From positions 3,486,524 through 3,550,523 of the forward strand of contig MU053873.1 in NCBI GenBank assembly GCA_013239625.1: 64,000 nucleotides of DNA. The letters are read 5' to 3'. Position 1 is the stretch's first letter. Each line of letters opens with the position of its first letter. The notes beneath the pieces were generated by a model, which saw only the letters and a list, made by a program, of their open reading frames with translations, was not told the DNA's origin and made no database searches. Below, in pieces: positions 14,604 to 26,684 of this stretch. The translations under genes were made by a program, and so were the position numbers. This DNA is from Lama guanicoe (lineage: Eukaryota).

Positions 14604-14969
14604 GACAATGCACGGCGGGCATCCCTTGTGGATAAAGGAGGAGGTAAAATCGTACATTTAGTCACATTGCCTCTCATTTATTTGTGGTGTGATCCTGGGG
14701 AAGTCATTTAACTTCCCAGCATGGCAGCTTCCTCGTCAGATGTGATGACCACAGTTTCTTCCTCACAGGACGGGGAAAGGATGCAAAGGAAGTCACATGG
14801 TTGAGATGCGGGGCGTGCAGCCAACAATCAGTTATGGCTAGAGTCATCATCATTTACTCTTCCGTGGGAAGAATCAATTAGGGAAAACCTACTTTCCTAA
14901 CCAATCATAAATAAGGGAATAACAGTTGTAATGATCGTCGAGGTCAACGTATGGGTATGTGAATTACAG

Positions 14970-15347
14970 TGGGGTGTAGACAGCGCTGTTTGTTTAAGAT
15001 GCTACATTCCTTACAGCTCTTGCTTTAATGTAGATTGTGGACTCCCCCATGCCACTGACTTGAGACAGGACCCTGCGATTTGCTTTGGCCAATGGCCTGT
15101 GTGCAGAGGTGACACAAACAGGGGCTTTAAATATACTTGTGTGCTTTAAATATACTTGGCCTCGCTCCAGCTACCCTCTGCTTCCCCGTCCTGGTCCCAG
15201 CATGAGAGTCCCATGGAGCTGCCTTGAATCCAAGCCCTGGGCTGATACCCAGACCCATGAGATGGAGAGAAATAAATGCTGTTTGCTGTAAACTGCTGAG
15301 ATTTGGGAGTTGGCAGGCCACGGTACCACAGCAACAGCTGACTACAA
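14970..15347 (+). mobile_element. MLT1 LTR
   Basis: gatttgctttggccaatggcctgtgtgcagaggtgaca...aaataaatgctgtttgctgtaaactgctgagatttggg...cagctgactaca. Confidence 0.7.
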
Positions 15348-16659
15348 GTGCGTTGTTTCAGAAACATTTGGGCACCTTCCACGCATCTCCCTTCTTGTTC
15401 TATGTTGACTCAGTAGGGGGCAAAGTTATCCTTCTAGCAAAAGCAAGCGATGCCTGTCTAAAGACAGGCCACCAGAGGGGAAGAAGGGTTGATCTTACAT
15501 ACAAAAACCTCAGGCTGCTCGAGAAATTCTGTCACCGTCTTTTCCTTGAATACTTCTGTTTCTCATTTACTTCACTTTTTTTTTCTTTAGAGTTACTAAT
15601 CCTCTGAACGGTAGCCATGTATAGACTAGCCGTTATGTGTTAAGCAAAGCAGACACCAAGATCATGCAATACTTTTAAAAGTTAGCCTTATTGTCCCCGA
15701 TGTACAGAGGAGGAAATGAAGGCCCAGGGAGCTTAATGGAGCCACACAGCTGGTGAGCAGCCACCCTCCGATTCAACCACATGTCTTGGGTTTGCGTTGT
15801 CTTCTTTTTTTTTTTTTTCCCTGTATCACAACTGTTTTTAAAATAGCTGTGCATTTAAAAAGTGGATGTGTGGAATTAAGCGCTGGCGTCAGAAATGAAT
15901 CGCTAGTGTTGGGTTTAGAGACACCAGCCGCTTGGCGAGGGAGACACTTTCAGAGAAAACGACTTCTCAGAGACCCTCAAGACATCACCTAACCTAATGG
16001 TGGCTGTTGATTGAACCCCTGTTACATGCCAGGTGTGTCACGTGCTGAAGATGCAAAGCATCACAGGGTAGGGAGATTGAGTTTTGTTCAGAATAGAGAA
16101 CCATAGAAGAGTTTTAGGCTATGAGGTCCCAACAAGAAGGCTATTGCAGGAGTCCAGGGAAAATATGATGATGACCTGGACTGTGGGAAGATGATTCAAA
16201 AGGCACTTTGGAGGTACAGTTAATATGGCTGGGTGATGGAGGGTGAAGGGAGGGTAAGGAAAAGGAAATGATAAAGATGACCCCCAGACTTCTGGCTTGG
16301 ACAACTGGGTGACTGGTGGAGACATTTTCTTTTAGACAGGGTGCACCGGGGAAGAAACTGATCTCTGTTTATTTCAGAGTTTTATATAATTTAAGTTACA
16401 GGTAGGTGCCTGTGAGCCACACAAGAAGGGATGTTTAGAGGCAATTGGACCTGTAGGTCTAAAGTGCAAATCATTGTCTCCTATGTTCAGGTAAGATCTT
16501 CCCCATTCAAATTAGTTAAGTGTCCAAGTCCTGATTTCGTAGGGCAAACTCACCGCTGATGAAATAGCCATGAAGCTCTCGTGTCTGAAGTTGAACAAAG
16601 AATCATGATACCCCTGTCCTCGGACACATCACTAAATGAGACCCCCACCCATGTTGGGT

Positions 16660-18338
16660 TTTCTTTTTTTCTAAATGCTTTATTATGGAAAATGTCAATC
16701 ATCTACAAAAGCAGAAGAAATTAACACTCCCACTTACCCATCACAGAGATTCCACAACCGTCATTCACGGCCATTCTAGTTTCATATATACCTACCTACT
16801 TCCCTCCCCCAAACTGAGTTATTTGAAGTAAACTCCAGACTTCGTATCATTTCAGCCATGTACATTTTAGAACGCAGCCCTAAAAGATAGATTCTCGCTT
16901 GCTTTTAAAACCACGATATTGTTAATACTCCTAAAAACTTAACAGTAATTCATTAATACTAGCAAACATCCAGTCAGAAGTTTCCTTGTTGTCTCTTCAG
17001 TCTTCAGTTGTTTTGTTTTTTTTTTCCAGCTGGTTTGACTGAGTTAGAATTTAAACAAGGTCCACGCATTTGCTTTTGGTTGATACGTCTCTGTATTTGC
17101 CTTTATCTATAGCGTCTCCCTCCCTTTAAAAAAAATTTCCCTTGCAAATTGATATTGGAAAAACTGGGTCATTTGCTCTGTGGGGTTTATGACAACCTGG
17201 ATTTTTGTTGATTGTATCCAGGTGGTACCTTTTAATATGTTCCTCTATCCTTTGCATTTCCCTGTAAGTTGGTCATTAGATTGAGGGTTTTGATCTGATT
17301 CAGGCTTGAGTTTCAGGCAAGAATATTTTATAAGTAGTTGAGTTACTCCATCAGAAGGCACATTAATGTCTGTCGCTCTCTCTTGGGGGATGTGAGCAAC
17401 CAATGATGATCATTGCCTAGATCCATCATTTTGTTGGACATTATGAAACGCCACTATTCTAAATTCTGTTACTCCTTCATTTTTCTTCTTCCATAAAGAA
17501 AGCTTTTCTTCATCAACTATTTGATTACACCAAAGATACAGTTTCCAAAGGAAAGATAAATGCTTGATTTTTTAATTTAACAATTTTTGGAATAATGATT
17601 TGGGTTTTTTTTTTTAACATTTTCCGAAAGGATCCAATGAGTTATAGGTTTTTTGTTTGTTTGTTATGTATTGCTTTTAGTATCATCATGGACTCATTTA
17701 ACATATTTGATACATTTCAATTTATTGTAGTTATCATTCTTTAGATACTCAAGGAGTCTCTTTTGCCAGAGGACACAGTGGATTGGTTCCTGAGTCTGTT
17801 TGACACAACCAGAGCAGGCTTTGATGGCTTCCTTGCTTTCTGATGTAACACGATGTCACACCATCGTCTTGTATGTTTCCTGCACCAGTCCTGGAATCAG
17901 CTGTTTCTCCAAGGAGCTCTGGTTCCTTTTACTGTTCTTAGAACTTGTTCTTAGAGACCACAATCTGGGTGATTAGTACTGGGTTGGTCATTATTTCTAG
18001 GTATTTATAGCAACCAAAGCTGGGAAGTACAAAAATTTTTATAAAGAAAATACACCATGAGTTTGTACTATTTCCAGTTCAAATGTAGGATTACAGGGCT
18101 GTGCTTACTTGGTTGATTTTGTACTTTATATCTTTTCTTTTAGGTTGAAAATCGTGGTTCCTAGCAACATTAATATAAGAATGTATTTATACGTTAATAC
18201 AAGAATGAATTACCATAAGAATGCACATAAAATAGTTTTGAAATAACAATGCCTGTGGTGTTACTGATAGTATAATTAATGAGAATGTCTTAAGGTTTTT
18301 GGTTGTTTGTTTTTAGGTCTTTCTTTCTCTCTGTCTCT

Positions 18339-18394
<56 letters not shown>

Positions 18395-18650
18395 TTCTTT
18401 CTTTTCTTTCTTTCTTTCTTTCTTCTTTCGTCTTTGGGGTACTTCCCTCTAAATTGCCTAGTTTTGAAGTCACTTATATGTGGTTAAGTCACCAAGTCAA
18501 CACACAGGTTTATTGGTTTCACATGGCTTTTGATTTTCAAGAATTCCTCTTCATTTTCATTTCAGCTTTTTATAAGTATAAAAGAAATATACATGGTTCC
18601 CAAGTCAAAGCTACAAAGCAAGATATTTTCAGATATTAGTATTTTTAAAT
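16660..18650 (-). mobile_element. Old L1 (L1MC/ME-like) 3' region
   Basis: AT-rich antisense L1 3' end starting ttttttctaaatgctttattatggaaaatgtcaatc. Confidence 0.65.
18337..18429 (+). repeat. (TTTC)n microsatellite
   Basis: Directly visible. Confidence 0.95.
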
Positions 18651-19864
18651 GTGTCATCCTCTCTTTGCAGACTGCTTTCTATTATCTGGAAAACCTTAGA
18701 TTATATCTACTAAAAGAAAGAAAAAATGCTAAGTGTCATTCAGACTGTTGGAAATGAAAGGTTTTGTGGGTTTTTTTTTTTTTTGATGAAAAGAAAAATA
18801 TTCAACCCTGCAACTTCGAAGCATTTTTGTTTCCCCTAACAAGGTCCTGTCTGTCAATTTCCCATAGTTTTAAAGCCCCGCTGCACAGCCTGAATGGAAA
18901 CACAATATCATCATGATTCCTGAAATCAGTTAAATGTCAAGGCTTTTCCATTTGCATGTAGCTTCCTTTAGATGAGAATGCTTTGCAGAATATCTTTGTT
19001 CCCTGCAGAAATTTTTCCCCTTAAAGCTTTTATAATTAATGTGGCAATACAAAACCAGCCGTGTCTGTCACTTCCTTCCATAGATACACAAATAGAATGT
19101 ACTAAGCATCCAAGAGTGAATTTGCTCAGGGTCTTGTAGGACCATTACAAATCCAGCTAGAAGACTTGACCAGCTCATTGAGAGCCCTCCCTCCCTCTTC
19201 CCTCATCACTGGTTGCCTCTGTGTTGTACTGATTCCACAGCTCAGGTTTTTTGGCACCCAGCCCTCCTCTCCTTTCTGCCTTGCCTCATTCTTCTGCCAG
19301 CATGCTTCATGATGGACAGAAGCAATAGCCTGGTTCACCTGTCCCCATCCCTCCCCTTCAGCCACTCTCAATACAGCCAACCGAAAAACAATCTGTCTAG
19401 AAATTCACAAATCCCATGGCCTTAAACTGCTGCTTAAAATTTGTTAATGGCTTCCCATCAATCAAGACACAAAATCCCAAAACCCATAGCATGGTAAAAA
19501 CACCTTTCATAATCTTACCCCGAACTCATTTTTTTTTTTTTGTTCATCCACAGAAGCCCCTCTCTGCTCTTTCTACCTCATGATCTCAGAGCATGCCATG
19601 CGTTTTTATTCCTCTTTGCCTTTGCTCATATTGTTTCCCTATCTGGCGTGTCCTTCCCTACATCTCCACCTAACCAACTCCTATGCATCCTACAGCACCC
19701 AGTTCACTGTCTTGTGAATCTTTCTCATGTCCCCATCTACAAACCTAGACTAATCCTTCTCTCCTCCATGCTTCTGTTATACTGCTGTCAGGCTTCACTT
19801 TTAGGATTTATCCTCCATATTGAGGAGGGGGCCCTATACTTACCTCTTACTGTGAATACTTGTT

Positions 19865-20200
19865 AGACAACAAATTAGATAGCCTATATGAAATGGGCAA
19901 ATTCCTAGAAACACACAAACTATCAAAACAAACTTGAGAAGAAAGAGAATATTTGAAGAGAGCCATAACAAGGCGAGAGAGTAAATCAGCGATCAAAAGC
20001 CTCTCAGCAAAGAAAAGTCAGGGACCAGATGACTTCACTGGCGAATTCTACCAAGTATTTAGAGAAGAATGAACAGTAATCCTTCCCAAACTCTTCTAAC
20101 AAATAGAAGAAGAGAGAGCACTTCTTAATTCATTCTACGAGGCCAGCGTTACCCAGATACCAAAGCCAGACAAAGACATCACAAGAAAAGAAAATTATAT
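19865..20200 (+). mobile_element. Internal L1 ORF2 fragment (region just before the RT domain), degenerate
   Basis: Encodes NKLDSLYEMGKFLE...GPDDFTGEFYQVF...NSFYEASVTQIPKPDKDITRKENY with internal stops. Confidence 0.9.
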
Positions 20201-20316
20201 ATCCACTTCTTATTATAGGATGTGAGTGCTTCTGTCTCATTTACCTTTATGTCCTTAGCATTTAGGGCTATGCCTGACACACAGTGAAACACAATAGGAC
20301 CTTCTCTAAAAAAAAA

Positions 20317-20500
20317 TTTTTTTATTGAATTGTAGTCGGTTTACAGTGTTGTGTTAATTTCTGGTGTACAGCAGAGTGATTCAGTTACATATATATATAT
20401 ATATATATATTCCTTTTCAGATTCTTTTCCCTGATAGGCTATTACAAGGTACTGAATGTAGCTCCCTCTGCTATGCAGTAGGACCTTGTCATTTATCTAC
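20317..20500 (-). mobile_element. Artiodactyl-type L1 3' end with internal (AT)n
   Basis: ttttattgaattgtagtcggtttacagtgttgtgttaatttctggtgtacagcagagtgattcagtta...ctatgcagtaggacctt. Confidence 0.8.
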
Positions 20501-21809
20501 TACAGGAATGTCTTTATTTGGGAACCACTTAAAGAATAAATATGAACATGTTGCAACTGGAGGAGGTTGTCTGACTTGAAAGAGTTTGAATCCTAAGATA
20601 CCTTTAAGTGATTGCAGAAGTCCATCAGGGAAGATCTTTGTGGGGACAGGAGGACAACCTTGGAGGGAGGAAGAGGATGGTTTCTTAGATCATCATTGTG
20701 GCTCCTGTATTAATTACCAGGAACTCCCACTGATCACTGTCATTACAATTTAACCACGAAATAATGTATGTGGTTATTTTCCAAGCAAGACGATTGGTTC
20801 TCGGTGAATCTTTAACAGAAAGTTAGAATGGTCCTAGGGTGTGAAACCTCGGGTTCTGCACCTCACCCTCCTGTCCTCTTTATCCCTGATACGTACTGCG
20901 GCTTCCAGTTTTACCAAGAATGTTCTCATCTTCTCTCCAGCCACTACGGAAAACAAGTGCAGTGGAGCCTCCTTGACAGGCTGATCATCAACGTACCAGG
21001 ATTTCATGAGAAATGCAGCAACACTCTTGTCCACAGATTTATACACAAATGACATATTTGGAACACCGATTTCAGGTCCTGGGATGCGAAAGAGTTATTT
21101 TTCTCTGGCTGAGTTCACATGGAAAAGCGTTACTCTTGGATCTTTGTTCTTACACCCCCACCCCCGTCCCTAGAAGGTAAGTCCATCACATTCAGACACC
21201 ACTTTAATTCCCCGCTCCAAACTCCCCAAGGGAGGGAACTGGAGCTGGGCAAAACTTAGGTTTTACTTAAGGAGGTAATCATTTGTCCTCTTTCTTGTGG
21301 GAGTGGCTGCGAAGACGAGAGGACAGCGCAAGAGCATTGCTTGTGTGTTTCTAGAACACAGTGGATAACAACACAGAGGAAGCATGGCTTCTCAACAGCT
21401 GAGTTACCCTCTAGGAAGAGCCTTGGTTTTGTCAGGCAGATGCTTCAGTGAGCAGCTCAGACTGGGGTTTCGAACAGAATGGAGGGGCACACAATAGCTG
21501 TGGGTTTTTTTTTTTATTGTTGTCCTATATGTTTTTGCAGAGAGCAGAACACGGGTGTAGGATGAGAATGGAATTACTTAGGAGATGTGAGGAGCTAGAG
21601 GGAGAGGAGGAAAAGGAAAGATGAGACAGGTGTTTTCGGCATTGAGGTCCTACAGAGATGAACGATGGAGAAATTTAATCTTTCTTTCATTTTTTCATGT
21701 GCCATGTAAATTCCTTCCCTGGCATTCCCATAACAATTTGAGAAAAATATTCATTTCTCATGAACATAGTCTTCAGTTAGACGTTGGCTGGTTGGTTTTT
21801 TAGGATTGA

Positions 21810-21997
21810 ACCTGAGTGCTGAGTTGGCTTAAAGATGCTCACAGGGAGAGCAGAGCTTCCCATTAGGATCTGCTCATGTTTAGACAGCAAGCATGATGAC
21901 ACGATGGGAATATTTACACCACGGTCATTGGCAAATGCTACATCAGAATGTTTTTTGGCAGGGAGCCAACTGCCAAACATTTCCCAGCACACTACTG
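21810..21997. mobile_element. MER63-like hAT element
   Basis: Terminus gggagccaactgccaaacatttcccagcacactactg. Confidence 0.6.
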
Positions 21998-23619
21998 GAG
22001 AGGAACCAACATTTATTAAGCACCTAGTGTATGCCAGGCACTTCATGTAAACTATCTCTATCTCTCCTTGTCCTCACAACCATGTGACAAACTCTATGAG
22101 GCTCCAAGAGATTCAGTAACTTGCTCCATGTCACCCAGCATAAGGAGATATTTCGTCTTAGAACTGACTACATCCAAACTCCTACCACCACACTTGCCTC
22201 TCTGAGTATTGAAAGCCAAACAGCTGGGTCACAGCTCTGAAAGGTACTTTGGGGATGGAGGGGTGTCGGGTCATCCTCTGCCCAACAAAAATCCTATGAC
22301 ATTCTCAATTCCCCTTAAGATTTTCCAGCTCACACCGTCAATACAGATTTGGCCTGGACTCCACCTTTCCCATTCTGCTCTCCTTTGCATTGAATGAACT
22401 TAGAGCCAAATTATCTGGAGCCTTTGCCAAATGTCAATTTAAGGGGCTTGCTTTGGGTGTTCACATCATAAATTTACTACTGGGCTCACCTGTTGGATGT
22501 ACATATTATGAGCCAATGGGGGGACATTTCCATGCTATTTGCCCAAAGGTAAACCCTGGCTCTCCATCATGGGCATTGCTACTGAAGGAAGGTTCTACAC
22601 AAGCTAGTTCAGGGGGTATATATGCAATTTCCTGCAAACACACCGCCTCCTCTGTTCACTAATAGTTCCTCTCTCCAAAGACTTTCCTTCTTTCTCCTTC
22701 AGCAAGAGGGAACGGTTCTCAACTGTGTCTGTGAAAGCCACCATGCAGAAACAAACGATGAGGTCCATTATCAGAGATGCTTGGAATAAAAGCGACATCC
22801 CTTTCTTCCTGAGATAACTTGAGCGCCCAGAACAGTGATTTTTAAAAAAATGGTTCCTGTAATGTTAAGGTATCTCATGCCTCGGCCACTTATTCAAGAT
22901 TGAATCGCATTGACCTTATTGGTTTTCTTGTGACCACAAGGATGCCCTCCTCTGCTCCACACATGATTGACTTTTAATCTATCGCAGACATTCAATGACT
23001 TTCTGGTGGAAATAGTTCAGTCATAAGTCAGCCTCTCTCTGGATCTTCCCTGGAAATACAATTGAGCGACATGAATTTCCCTTTAGCCTGGTTCCCCACC
23101 CTTCAAATTATATTCCATTAAGCTTGGTGAGCATCAATTAAGGACATGAGGGTAGAAATCCACGCCACCTAGAGTCCCCCCTGGCTGACGCGGCTGGCTA
23201 GAGCTCATTTACAGCTTTCAGCCTTTGGGTTGGAGTGTTTTAGAGAGAAGTAGTTCCTAGCTCCTTGGTAACCAGTGTGGAAATATTCAAAGAGGAGAAT
23301 TTGAGCTTAAAATGTGTATGGCTTGCGGCTGAGAAGAGCTGCAGGCCTCCTACAGTGAGAGATTAAATGGCAGGAATCCCCGGGAGTTTTTGTCCTGGAT
23401 TGGCTGTGGGGATTTAGCCAAGTCACTTCCCTTCTGATCTGGACCTCGGATTTCTGATCTATAAAGTATGGGGACAGGCGGAACCAGCGGCGGAAAAATC
23501 AAGTGACTTCAGAGACAAGGCAGGTAAAGTAAATGAGTTCAGAGAGCTGAACTGAGAACTTAGGGAAATCAGAGAGTGCCTGCCCCACCGAAAAGGAAGT
23601 CAGAAATAATATCAATGAT

Positions 23620-23800
23620 AATTGTCACAACTGGACACTTATTCCAGGCACTGTCTTAAACACTTTACTTGTATTAACCCATATGTTTCTTACCACACTC
23701 CTAGGAGGAAAGCCCCATTGTCATTTTACAAATGAGGAAGCTGAGGCACAGAGAGGTTCAGTAACTTGCCCAGAGTCACACAGCTGATAAGTGAAAAAGA
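23620..23800 (-). mobile_element. MIR SINE (many others, e.g. about 1570-1770, 27620-27960, 28690-28800, 29200-29360, 41380-41560, 44660-44800, 47080-47220, 49315-49510, 49850-50020, 55150-55260, 61270-61400, 61820-61900, 63230-63350, 63740-63890)
   Basis: MIR core cattttacaaatgaggaagctgaggcacagagaggttcagtaacttgcccagagtcacacagct. Confidence 0.85.
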
Positions 23801-25208
23801 ATCTTCATGGCCAGTTTTCAACCTCTGGACTAGGTGAGCGTTACAATCCTTCCAGCCCTAACAATCTAAATCTCTGTGGAAAGTGGGGTCTGCGTATAGC
23901 GGTTTGCTCAATAAAGATTGGTCAGATCAGTATCCAGGAGTCAAATTTTAGGTAATGAGTCGCATTGCTTGACTTGTTATTTGCTAGGCTCCGTGTTAAG
24001 CACCTGCGGGTATCCCTCCATGAGTGCCTAACCCTATTCTACAGCAGATGAACTGAGTCTTCAGTAGATGATGGACTGGGCCAAGGTCACAGAGCTAGAA
24101 AGTGACAGAGCTAGGGTTTAACTCCAAGCCTAGAGGCGCTCTAGACTCAAGCGGGCATTGGCAAGCTATGGCCCATGGGCCAAGTTGGCCCCGCACCTCC
24201 TGTTTGACCCCTGGACAGGAACTGCAAAGGGACAAGAAGCAGGAAGGACCCGTGGAAAGTAATGGAGCTGGCGAGGCACGTGCCGGCTTTAGCAGGGCTG
24301 AGGGGCAGGAGATGGTTAGTGGTGCATTTTTAATAGGTGGGTAGAAAAAAAAAGGGGGTTCAAAATTTGGACAAAGACTCAGCTCAGGCAAGAAAACTTC
24401 AGCTGTGGAAGAAAAGCAAGCTGAGGAACAGTTATTCTGGGCAGTAGATGGCATTTCTAAAAGGCAAGAGATTGGATCAGATCCTGGGCTGATTTTGAAG
24501 GGGATGTTGTTGCTGTTCACTCTGCTAATCAATGCTTTATTCACAAGGAGAAGGAAGCCAGCAGTGGAACCGGCTGCAGTTCGAGGAGAGGAAACTGGAT
24601 TTCAGATGAGGGAAGGCTTCTCTTTCATTCGCTCATCCATCCCTTCCCTCGTACACTTACCAAACATCCACTGGATCAGGCATCGGACACGCCACTGATG
24701 GAGAAAGGACTGGGGGCATAGAATGTGAAGGAGAGGAAAGGAAAGGAGAAAGAGAAACGCAAGCAGAAGCCAAGGAAAATCCAGCAGCAAAGGGGACATA
24801 CAGACATATAGAAATGAGAGACCAGGTCAGAAAATGTATACTGAGGTTTGAGCTGTGAGCTTCAGGGCAAATAATGACCTTTCACGATTACCCTTTGCAA
24901 TGTTGGCCAGCCATTGTTCACAGATCTTAAACCACTCTAAGTCCTTAAACATTCAGAGACTATGGTCTACCTGGTTCTAAATGTGGGGGTCTGGGGATGG
25001 AATTCATCTCTGACTTGCCACTGGGAATCCAGAAGACCTTGCCTAATGGGATGGGTAAAATTAAACTTGGACATACAACTGGTCCATAAGCAAAAAGCTT
25101 CCCACCATGGGTATTCAGGAAAAGAATGAAAGGAGGAGATAAGATTTAGAGCCAAAGAACAGTGTAAGGTGGTATGGAATCACAGTCTATCAGAGCTGGG
25201 AGAAACTA

Positions 25209-25472
25209 AATGATGATGATGTTGGTGGTGGTGGTGATGTTGGTAGTGATGATGGTGGTGGTGATGATGGTGATGGTGATGGTGATGTTGGTAGTGATGA
25301 TGGTGGTGGTGATGATGGTGGTGATGATGGTGGTGATGATGATGGTGGTGATGATGGTGGTGGTGATGATGGTGAATGGTGATGATTGATGATGATGGTG
25401 GTGATGATGGTGGTGGTGATGATGGTGGTGATGATGGTGGTGGTAATAGTGATGATGGTGGTAATGGTGATG
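25209..25472 (+). repeat. Mixed (TGA/TGG)n trinucleotide array, about 260 bp
   Basis: Directly visible; produces spurious poly-His/Thr/Pro ORFs. Confidence 0.95.
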
Positions 25473-25691
25473 TAGCGGCAAACTAACACTTCTTGGTTTA
25501 ATATGTTCCCAACACTATTCTAGTTGTTTTTACCAGCCTTATCTCTGAATCCTCCCAACAATCCTGTGAGAGGTTATGTCTATTTCACAGAGGAGAAAAC
25601 AGCCCCCAAAAAGCAAAGCCACTCACCCAAGCTCAAAGCTAGGGTGAAGTTGGGATTGGCACCCATCTCTCTGATCCCTGAGCCCACTAAG

Positions 25692-25830
25692 CCAGTGATT
25701 CTCTACATATGGACCGTAGGCTATCAATATCAGCATCACTCTAGGAGTGGCTATTTAAAATGCAGATTCCTGGGCCCCACCCAGATTCATGGAATCAAAA
25801 CCTCTGGGGAGACGACAGCCTCAGATCTGA
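25692..25830. mobile_element. MER5A-like fragment (another at about 430-530)
   Basis: cagcatcact...aaatgcagattcctgggccccacccagattcatggaatcaaaacctctgggg. Confidence 0.65.
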
Positions 25831-25834
25831 ATTT

Positions 25835-26207
25835 TGAACCAATGTATACTTTTTTGCCCCACTGACTGGGAGATAGGCCATTTGACTTTGGCCAATGGAA
25901 TGGGAGCAGATGGGATGTGATGGATTCTTGAACCATGTTTGTGTAGTGTGTCTTGTCTCTCAAGTGTCTGTCATCACAAGAACATGCTTCATGTAGCAGT
26001 TGCCCCTTCAGCCTGAGCCCCAGAATCAGACATGGAGCAGAGTTAAACTGTCCAAAAGCCTAGAGCCAAGCACAGTTAATCTATAATCTGAAATCAAAAC
26101 ACCCAAGCCAGCACATATACATGCCAACTAAATGAGCAAGAAAAACAACATTGAACATAGGTATGATTTGTTATGCAGCATACCTGCAGCAATAGCTGAC
26201 TAATACA
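25835..26207 (+). mobile_element. MLT1 LTR
   Basis: gactttggccaatggaatgggagcagatg...tttgttatgcagca...gcaatagctgactaataca. Confidence 0.7.
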
Positions 26208-26551
26208 CTTAAAATTGTATACCCTAAATTGTGTGTCCATCTTTGTACTATGAGTCCACTTGTCTGGAGAGAGGGCACCTATACTTTTCAGCAAATTCTC
26301 AAGAGACCAGGGACTCCCCCAAAAGTATTACAAGCTGCAGATCTACTTGAAAATCCTCCCCATTCTCAGTGGGACCTCACGTTCCAGGACTTGAGCTGAC
26401 TGAGTTTTCCCTGTCCCTCCCTGCCTCTTAGAATGCAATGTTTATTTAAGCCTTAAACTTTAAGGGGTTCAGGTTCAATTTGCTATAGGAGTTCTGAGAA
26501 GGAGACCTGGTTGATGGTTTTAAGATTTGTTTTCAAATCCTTGAACTCTTA

Positions 26552-26684
26552 GGGAAAGAGACAGCTCAGTGGTAGAGTGCCTGCCTAGCATGCACAAAGT
26601 CCTGGGTTCAATCCTCAGTATCTCCACTTAAAAAATAAGTAAATAAATAAGCCTAATTACCTCCTTTGAAAAAAAAAGGCATTC
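26552..26684 (+). mobile_element. tRNA-derived SINE (camelid vic-1 type)
   Basis: A box cagctcagtgg, B box gggttcaatcc, A-rich tail. 20-bp target-site duplication (TSD) ttcaaatccttgaactctta (26532-26551) / ttcacattcttgaactctta (26685-26704). Confidence 0.9.

Noticed and set aside
25190..25489. Poly-His / Thr-Ile / Pro-Ser ORFs
   Set aside because: Translation of a trinucleotide microsatellite; no splice or protein-family support.
26552..26630. tRNA-Ala-like sequence with A and B boxes (also 53100-53180, 59210-59285, 62527-62600)
   Set aside because: Flanked by TSDs, followed by A-rich tails, and the stems are degenerate; these are SINEs, not tRNA genes.
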